Shown here piece by piece: positions 58,098-64,000 of a stretch of DNA of 64,000 nucleotides. Every line of letters starts with the position of its first letter. Position 1 is the stretch's first letter. A program made the translations under genes and the position numbers. The notes under the pieces were generated by a model. It saw only the letters and a program-made list of their open reading frames with translations. It did not search any database and had not been told where the DNA came from. The DNA lies in IMG/VR virus record IMGVR_UViG_3300024503_000485, positions 124,001 through 188,000 of that record; one strand, given 5' to 3'.

Positions 58098-58386
58098 TTT
58101 CGTCTGAAATGTCTTGTTTAAGACGTTCTACATCAACTTCAAAATCTATTTTTTTAATAGTGTCGTGATATTCTTGCATTGTTTCTAATAGCTTATCGGC
58201 AACTTCTTCTGCATCAGAAACAGACAATAACTCTGCAACTTCTATTTTCCAAACTCTGCCATTATCAAATTCTAATTTAATAGCATTAAGATAAGCGACC
58301 GGCATGGTGTTCATATACATATCCTCGAACACCTCCGGCCACTCTTTGATTAGATGCTTTGGTGGTTTAAAGAGACGCTTAGGCAC
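58081..58386 (-). CDS. Hypothetical protein
   Basis: 101 aa; coupled to the upstream gene. Confidence 0.75.
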   Translation of the reverse strand: MPKRLFKPPKHLIKEWPEVFEDMYMNTMPVAYLNAIKLEFDNGRVWKIEVAELLSVSDAEEVADKLLETMQEYHDTIKKIDFEVDVERLKQDISDETKKFL

Positions 58387-59029
58387 TTGCTTCTTCTTTA
58401 GCCTTAGTAGTCTTTTTAACTGGTGGATCTAATTCATCTGCTTGTTTACGTAGTCTTGCAGCTTCTTTATACATAGCATCTGCTTGACTGCGATAACTTT
58501 TAGCAAGGTCTTTATCAGTTAATGCTTCTGTAGTTGATGCTTGTGCTCTTACTGGAGCAGGAACATCTGGATCTACATTAGGAACAGCTTCTGATTTTTG
58601 TTGTTTCTTTTTAAAATCTTGATCTCTTGCTGGTGCGCCGGAAACAAGATTTGATAATTCGTCAACGGTGCAATTTTTTTGTTCTGCGATAAGAACATTT
58701 AATTCAGACAACACAATATTGGTGCTAGACGTTGGAGTCATAATAACCATATCAGTTGCAACTTTTTGTAATCTTCCGTCTGCTTGCATAGCTTGAAGCA
58801 TAGGACGACCATCTGGAAACAATCGAGTATGCATGATTTCGCCAAACTCATTTACCTCTTGCCCCTGGTCGCTTTCAAGCAATCCCATCAGAGCATCGTG
58901 ATAGGAATCAGTTAAGTTTGCTGTTCCTACTACAAGAGCTGATCCTGAATCGCCCGGTATTGTTCTAAATACGGTGATTACTTTCGCTCCAGTATTTTTC
59001 ATTCTTCCGATGTGCTTGATTTGTCTCAT
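58379..59029 (-). CDS. Hypothetical protein
   Basis: 216 aa in a coupled minus-strand block. Confidence 0.8.
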   Translation of the reverse strand: MRQIKHIGRMKNTGAKVITVFRTIPGDSGSALVVGTANLTDSYHDALMGLLESDQGQEVNEFGEIMHTRLFPDGRPMLQAMQADGRLQKVATDMVIMTPTSSTNIVLSELNVLIAEQKNCTVDELSNLVSGAPARDQDFKKKQQKSEAVPNVDPDVPAPVRAQASTTEALTDKDLAKSYRSQADAMYKEAARLRKQADELDPPVKKTTKAKEEASA

Positions 59030-59031
59030 GA

Positions 59032-59262
59032 TTATTGTTCCTTTTTGCTAACAGAATCTAAAAATGTTGAAAGTCTATTATAAACTTTACCAACTGCTTC
59101 TAGTTCGTTTGCTTTAAATGCTCCACGTTGGCTAGCAACGTCGATAATGCTTTTTAGTGCTGTAAGGTCACTAACGTTTAAATCTGCAGAGTTTGCGGCC
59201 GGAGCTTCTGGAGCAGAAGCAGCTGGAGCAGTAGTTTGCAAATCTTTGTTTTCTTCAGTCAT
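59032..59262 (-). CDS. Hypothetical protein
   Basis: 76 aa; SD AAGGAG. Confidence 0.8.
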   Translation of the reverse strand: MTEENKDLQTTAPAASAPEAPAANSADLNVSDLTALKSIIDVASQRGAFKANELEAVGKVYNRLSTFLDSVSKKEQ

Positions 59263-59264
59263 TG

Positions 59265-59534
59265 TTATCTCCTTAATTTTGTACAGGCTAATGCAAAGAA
59301 TGTCATTTCTTTTTCATCTTCAAATCCAACATACGTTGAAGTTTTTAGATTTCCGTTCTCATCAAAAGACGGTATTTGTTTAATACAATATCTTCCTTTT
59401 AATTTAGAACGAATCCAATCATCTAATTCGTTATTATAAACATCTCTTTCGCTTAATTTCATTTTTAAAAAATGTGGCGGAATCCTAGTAAGTTTTCTAG
59501 TGTTCAAAACGTCTAACGGATTAAGATCATTCAT
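59265..59534 (-). CDS. Hypothetical protein
   Basis: 89 aa; preceded by tandem promoters. Confidence 0.75.
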   Translation of the reverse strand: MNDLNPLDVLNTRKLTRIPPHFLKMKLSERDVYNNELDDWIRSKLKGRYCIKQIPSFDENGNLKTSTYVGFEDEKEMTFFALACTKLRR

Positions 59535-59540
59535 ACGTGA

Positions 59541-59592
59541 TATTTATAGTAGTAGTTTATAATATTATACAGAATTGAAATGAAAATTTCAA
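59541..59592 (-). promoter_or_regulatory. Tandem promoters: sigma70-type TTGAAA-N17-TATAAT (59592-59564) and perfect T4 late consensus TATAAATA (59548-59541)
   Basis: Both motifs read directly from the sequence; 17-nt spacer counted. Confidence 0.75.
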
Positions 59593-59981
59593 TCTGCGTT
59601 TAATCGTTTGCTCATAGCTTTTGAATATCCCATTTTCATAACATCGCCGGAAAATAGATAAAGTTCAAATGCTGCTTTTTCGGATAACACCGATAACGTA
59701 TGTTTTTCAAGATACCACGGGGCATGAATAAAGTTATCTAACCAAACTAGTATTTGGGGTGTTATTTTAATTTCTTTGGGAATTTTTATACTATAGGTCT
59801 TTATGTCTGCTTCTTCTTGAATAAATCTAAGACCTTCTTCTGTGAGGCGTAGTCCGCCTTCGTTTTTTGTGCGCAAGTTGTACCACCAACTTGTTTTTAA
59901 TTGATCAAATGTGCGGTCGTCTACTTCTTTATTTGCCGCTTTCAAGAACACCGCAGTATAGGTATTCTTGGTATAAGTCAT
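59589..59981 (-). CDS. Hypothetical protein
   Basis: 130 aa; coupled to the upstream gene. Confidence 0.75.
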   Translation of the reverse strand: MTYTKNTYTAVFLKAANKEVDDRTFDQLKTSWWYNLRTKNEGGLRLTEEGLRFIQEEADIKTYSIKIPKEIKITPQILVWLDNFIHAPWYLEKHTLSVLSEKAAFELYLFSGDVMKMGYSKAMSKRLNAD

Positions 59982-60262
59982 TTTATCGGTTCACCTTGTG
60001 TTAATTTATATACTGCAAAATCTGTTGTTTTAAAAAGTTTGTTTAATTTTTTTGCTAGATTGTGTGCATGGCCTGGATTTGAAAAACTAACCTTTTTGTA
60101 TTTTGGTCCAGGATAGCTAGCCAACAGGCTTCCGCTCTTTAAATTAAAAGGCTGGCCTTTGTAGAATACTGCCCATATAGCTTCACTTTCAAGAATCTGT
60201 TCAACCTTGTAGTTTTCTTTATTGGCATATTCGAGTATTATCTTCGGTTTTGGTCTACTCAT
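59978..60262 (-). CDS. Hypothetical late protein
   Basis: 94 aa; late promoter and hairpin upstream. Confidence 0.8.
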   Translation of the reverse strand: MSRPKPKIILEYANKENYKVEQILESEAIWAVFYKGQPFNLKSGSLLASYPGPKYKKVSFSNPGHAHNLAKKLNKLFKTTDFAVYKLTQGEPIK

Positions 60263-60299
60263 TATATACGTGTTCCTAATTAACCACGTATATATTTAT
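60263..60299 (-). promoter_or_regulatory. Late promoter ATAAATA (60299-60293) overlapping a perfect 10-bp RBS-proximal hairpin
   Basis: Arms tatatacgtg (60263-60272) and cacgtatata (60285-60294); AGGA lies in the loop on the - strand. Confidence 0.7.
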
Positions 60300-60304
60300 C
60301 ACCT

Positions 60305-60553
60305 TTAGAACGTTCCGCCGTCAAACTTTACATCGATTTGAGTGGTTGATTCTTTAATTTCTTTCAATAAATCGCGAATTTCGGCAACCGTAGAACCTAA
60401 TTTAGTCGTTATAATAGCTAGTTCTTGTACTAGCTCTTTTCCTTCTTGAATAGATATACGTATATCTTTCTGTTGACTTTTTTCTGCTACATTTAATCGT
60501 TGAATAAGCCTTTCAACACTAGGTAATTTATCTGGTATATTATTTGCTGACAT
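60305..60553 (-). CDS. Hypothetical coiled-coil protein
   Basis: 82 aa; coupled to the upstream gene. Confidence 0.75.
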   Translation of the reverse strand: MSANNIPDKLPSVERLIQRLNVAEKSQQKDIRISIQEGKELVQELAIITTKLGSTVAEIRDLLKEIKESTTQIDVKFDGGTF

Positions 60554-61016
60554 TTGATAATACCTGTTTCATTTCCATTTCTGTTTTAAATGGACCTTTA
60601 AAATCATATCTTTGTAAAGTAATCATTTTTGGACAAAATGATTTTACCCAACCTTTATCGAAACGGATGACATAGTATCCGGCACAATATAAACTTTTAC
60701 TATCTTTACTTTTTGTGAACAACGGTAGTTTACGTTTGATGTCGAACATAGCATTATGAGGTTCAACACTAGTTGAATAGCCATGAACTTCATTTGGTAA
60801 TGAACCATTGGCTTCTTTAACAATTTTAGCAACAAAGAAATCTTTGCCAAATTGTTTCGTCAGGCTTTCTTTATTATCATAAATTTTAATACCTGTTTCA
60901 TTACTAAGTACAAATCGCTCGTCTTCAATCTTTCGAAGAGTTGCAAATTTTTCTCCGTCCTTTTCAACAATCCAAAATTTATCTTTAATGATTGGTTTAG
61001 CGTGTATCTCTGTCAT
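60540..61016 (-). CDS. Hypothetical protein (start revised to 61016)
   Basis: SD GGGAG precedes MTEIHAKPII; the longer call would overlap rnh. Confidence 0.7.
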   Translation of the reverse strand: MTEIHAKPIIKDKFWIVEKDGEKFATLRKIEDERFVLSNETGIKIYDNKESLTKQFGKDFFVAKIVKEANGSLPNEVHGYSTSVEPHNAMFDIKRKLPLFTKSKDSKSLYCAGYYVIRFDKGWVKSFCPKMITLQRYDFKGPFKTEMEMKQVLSNVSK

Positions 61017-61059
61017 GTGATTCTCCCAACATGTTGCTGACTTGTTTTCACAAGTATTT

Positions 61060-62070
61060 TCATACTGACAAAACTCTAGTTTCATCATAGTTGTATCTAG
61101 CATTTAATGGCTCCGCATAAGATTGTGCCTGCTCTGCAATTTTTTTCAAATCGTAGAGATGACAAAATTTCATTAATCTAATTCCAACTTGATTAACATT
61201 TTTGTTAGCAGTTGTAGCAGTATTAATTGTTTCTACAATAATTTTTTTAATTTCTTCTGGTTGATAAGACAAATCGATTAGTCGCCGATTTCTCTCATAG
61301 TCTTCCAAAACTCTGTGTTCTTTGCCTTCGTGGTCAGTCCATCTCTGAAGCATGAGATTGTTCCACGCAAATCCTTTGGTTTTACGATCTTCGAACGCTT
61401 CAGCAAGACCCACTTTTTTGCTTGTGCCTTTAGTACGCACACCTGGATACGCTGAGAAGACATTATCACTGGTATCACCACGCATACATTTTTCAAATAG
61501 TTGCCATTCTGGATTGGGTGCTGCTTTAGCTTCTTTAGTTTTTTTGTCAACAATGGGCTTACCTTTGTCATCAAAATACCCCTCATGTGTAATAGTCATT
61601 TCCATTACACCGTTATATTGTTTCACATTGGGTGCAATAAGTTGTGCAAAATCGGTATCTGTAGAAATAATAACATGGTTATCATCTGGATGATTTTGAA
61701 TCCAGCCTGCAATTAAATCATCTGCTTCTAATTGCGGATGATGCATAACGGTGCAATTTGTTTTATCTTTAATGAATTCTTTAAAGGTATCAAATGCTTC
61801 CCAAAATAGTGTATCTTCTTCTTGTTCTTTTTCGCTGTGTGCCGCACGAGCTTCTGCACGATTTCTTTTGTAGGGGGCGTAAAAATCTTTGCGCCAGCTA
61901 CGACCTTCTAAGCAGAAAATAACGTGACTGCCGTTAAACTGCTGCCAGGCTTTACGAATTGAATTTAAAGTTATATGAAAAGCCATGCCAAGTTTAATAT
62001 CAGCATCGCCGTTGATCACATGCCGTGCGCGAAAAAAAGTATTCGCAGTATCAACTAAAATGTAGGTCAT
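61060..62070 (-). CDS. rnh: T4-type RNase H / 5'-3' flap exonuclease
   Basis: ILVDTAN, SWRKDFYAPYKRNR, EADDLIA, STDTDFAQL, GDTSDNV motifs. Confidence 0.92.
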   Translation of the reverse strand: MTYILVDTANTFFRARHVINGDADIKLGMAFHITLNSIRKAWQQFNGSHVIFCLEGRSWRKDFYAPYKRNRAEARAAHSEKEQEEDTLFWEAFDTFKEFIKDKTNCTVMHHPQLEADDLIAGWIQNHPDDNHVIISTDTDFAQLIAPNVKQYNGVMEMTITHEGYFDDKGKPIVDKKTKEAKAAPNPEWQLFEKCMRGDTSDNVFSAYPGVRTKGTSKKVGLAEAFEDRKTKGFAWNNLMLQRWTDHEGKEHRVLEDYERNRRLIDLSYQPEEIKKIIVETINTATTANKNVNQVGIRLMKFCHLYDLKKIAEQAQSYAEPLNARYNYDETRVLSV

Positions 62071-62504
62071 TTATTATTTCTTTTTACACTCTGTATGTCC
62101 AAAGTCCCTGTTTGTAAAGGACCACCGTAATCACCGTCAACAACAACATTAGCACATAGTTCACGGAACCAACGATCGACAATTTCTTCGTCCAAATCAC
62201 CGTCAGCACCATAACCTTCTTGCTTTAATTGTAGCACAAAATGTTCATTCCAGTCAAGTTCAAAAAAACCGTTACGAACATTGTCTTTGTTTATATGTGT
62301 ATTTAACACGCCTACCCATGGTTCTTTCTTTCGAGTAGCACGATCTTTTGGACTCAATTTAGCCAATTCTTGTTCTTGAGCAATTTCTTTTAGGCTATTT
62401 TCGGCTTCTTCTTTTAATTTGTTAGCCTGTTCAAGTGCTAATCTTGCTTCTTCAATGTTGGCTTCGATTTTATCTAAACCAAATAATTTTTTAATAAATT
62501 TCAT
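62067..62504 (-). CDS. Hypothetical protein (start revised to 62504, TAATG overlap with queE)
   Basis: N-terminal coiled coil; C-terminal GFFELDWN motif. Confidence 0.75.
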   Translation of the reverse strand: MKFIKKLFGLDKIEANIEEARLALEQANKLKEEAENSLKEIAQEQELAKLSPKDRATRKKEPWVGVLNTHINKDNVRNGFFELDWNEHFVLQLKQEGYGADGDLDEEIVDRWFRELCANVVVDGDYGGPLQTGTLDIQSVKRNNK

Positions 62505-63367
62505 TAAGTTCCCCACTCATTTTTAAATAATGGTACTTGTAGTCTATCACTATAGCGCAAGCCATTTTTCATCGCTAGTTCAGCGACCCTACGATTATTA
62601 AGAGTATAAACAGACTCCACCCCACCAACTGGCATAAGATATACGGGTCCTGTAAACCCTTCGGCTCTGTAAATGTCTGCTGTTTCAATTGCTTCTTCTG
62701 CATCTTCTTCTGTCGCTACTACAAACTTAAGGTAAGTGTAGCCAACCTCCTCATATTCACATACAATGTCTGGACGAATAGCTTCACTGCGTTCTTCACC
62801 GGAACAACTTAGTTTAGCACTTACACTAAATGTAATTTCTTTATTATATTCTGGATGCGGCATCAACCATTCGATAGAAAGAAATTCTTTAAACTCTGGC
62901 GTTAGTTTTTGAGTACCATTAGTTTCAAAGGTAATCTCTTTTAAACCAGCCATCTTAGGATGGCGCAACAGATCTGGATAAGCACGTTGCCAACCTAGTA
63001 ACGGCTCGCCGCCTGTAATGACCAAGTGTTCGTCCTGCCACTGATTAAATGGAAGGATTTCGCAGATACGTTCTGCAATACCATCTGTTGTAAGCATAGG
63101 ACTAAGATCTTTAAAACGAGGATCCCAACTAGCGTAACTATCACAGCCTGTGCTAACAAGCGGAAGTTCTTCGTATTTTGTATAAGGTTTTCTTTCGTGC
63201 TGGATAGCAATATCTTCAACTTCTGCACTTAGTTCGCCCTTTGGCATACCAAAGCCTGCACATTTAAAGTTACAACCAAATGTACGTAAGAAAACAGAAG
63301 GCACACCCATAAAGCGTCCTTCACCTTGAATGCTATAAAATAGCTCTGCGATTTTAATTTTGCTCAT
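62504..63367 (-). CDS. queE: 7-carboxy-7-deazaguanine synthase (radical SAM)
   Basis: ELFYSIQGEG...VFLRTFGC, LVITGGEPLL, ETNGT, YLKFVV, VYLMP and RLQV motifs. Confidence 0.85.
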   Translation of the reverse strand: MSKIKIAELFYSIQGEGRFMGVPSVFLRTFGCNFKCAGFGMPKGELSAEVEDIAIQHERKPYTKYEELPLVSTGCDSYASWDPRFKDLSPMLTTDGIAERICEILPFNQWQDEHLVITGGEPLLGWQRAYPDLLRHPKMAGLKEITFETNGTQKLTPEFKEFLSIEWLMPHPEYNKEITFSVSAKLSCSGEERSEAIRPDIVCEYEEVGYTYLKFVVATEEDAEEAIETADIYRAEGFTGPVYLMPVGGVESVYTLNNRRVAELAMKNGLRYSDRLQVPLFKNEWGT

Positions 63368-63545
63368 TGTTTATTATACCTTTATATATGAAATTTGTCA
63401 AGTCCTCTTTGACCAAACTCCATGTTCCGTCTTTATTATCAATCCAATTTATAGTATCGCCTTCTTTCCAACCCATCTCATTTAGTAAATCTTGAGGCAA
63501 TGGTAATATTCCATCTTCGTTAATCGTTAATGTCCAACTTTTCAA
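63354..63545 (-). CDS. AbrB/MazE/SpoVT-type DNA-binding protein
   Basis: GILPLPQDLLNEMGWKEGDTINW pattern. Confidence 0.7.
   Translation of the reverse strand: MKSWTLTINEDGILPLPQDLLNEMGWKEGDTINWIDNKDGTWSLVKEDLTNFIYKGIINNEQN
63373..63401 (-). promoter_or_regulatory. Perfect consensus sigma70 promoter TTGACA-N17-TATAAT
   Basis: -35 at 63401-63396; -10 at 63378-63373; queE ATG follows after 5 nt. Confidence 0.85.
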
Positions 63546-64000
63546 CTTTTACTCCGGATTTTTCAAGAAATTTAATTCCATCATCATTACGATAAGATTC
63601 GCGATAGAAAACACTATTAATCCCGCTTTGATAAATGAGTTTGGCACAATCAAGGCAAGGACTATGAGTAACAAACATAGTAGCATTCGCACCAGACTCA
63701 GTACTTTTAGCCAATTTGGCAATTGCATTTGTTTCTGCATGTAATACCTCGGGTTTAGTTTTTAATCCAAAATGAACGTTACATCCTGCTTCTTCATTCC
63801 ATTCTTCGTATGGATATTTAGAAAGAAATTCGTCGGGACTCAGCCATCCGCCTGCTCCGGTGTCATAATCTCTATATTCGCAGTTATTTTCCCAACCAGC
63901 CGGCATACCATTATAGCCAATACTGATAATTCTATCATCTTTGACTACAATAGCACCAACATGTAATCTTTGTGCATGACTAAGCTCGGAGAATAATTGA
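63520..64000 (-). CDS. cd: dCMP deaminase (5' end outside the window)
   Basis: Frame open to the window edge: HVGAIVVKDDRIISIGYNG...HAETNAI...SPCLDC zinc motifs. Confidence 0.92.
   Translation of the reverse strand, partial: QLFSELSHAQRLHVGAIVVKDDRIISIGYNGMPAGWENNCEYRDYDTGAGGWLSPDEFLSKYPYEEWNEEAGCNVHFGLKTKPEVLHAETNAIAKLAKSTESGANATMFVTHSPCLDCAKLIYQSGINSVFYRESYRNDDGIKFLEKSGVKVEKLDIND

Larger units (their letters stand above)
1..64000. other. Segment of a large T4-like (distant) myophage genome
   Basis: Homologues of T4 genes 55, 46, 47, 25, 6, 53, 5 and rnh recognised by motif; contractile-tail baseplate module; dense coding; no host housekeeping genes or integrase. Confidence 0.93.

Noticed and set aside
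1-64000. Stop-codon reassignment, as seen in some large phages
   Set aside because: Genes, including a 13.7-kb ORF, are uninterrupted and tightly packed under the standard code.

Overview
This 64 kb window is part of a large, AT-rich lytic myophage genome that is distantly T4-like. It encodes a gp55-type late sigma factor, gp46/gp47 recombination nuclease and a T4-type RNase H, and shows no integrase, tRNA or CRISPR array. From left to right it contains: a tape-measure protein with a C-terminal GH19 lysozyme domain (truncated by the window edge); a gp26-like/gp51-like chaperone pair that appears joined by a -1 ribosomal frameshift; two paralogous low-complexity virion proteins; the only long non-coding stretch (6665-7175), which is densely structured and directly follows a stand-alone GIY-YIG nuclease; the 47-46 operon and gene 55; a full baseplate module including a 4561-aa protein; four tail-fibre paralogues; an 11-gene late operon of glycosyltransferase-like, radical-SAM and SGNH genes; and an oppositely oriented block ending in rnh, queE, an AbrB-like gene and dCMP deaminase. 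The best leads are the candidate ornate ncRNA next to the GIY-YIG gene, the G/GT-like frameshift, and the late glycosyltransferase/radical-SAM operon as a possible virion-modification system. All annotations come from motif recognition by eye; no database search or folding program was run.
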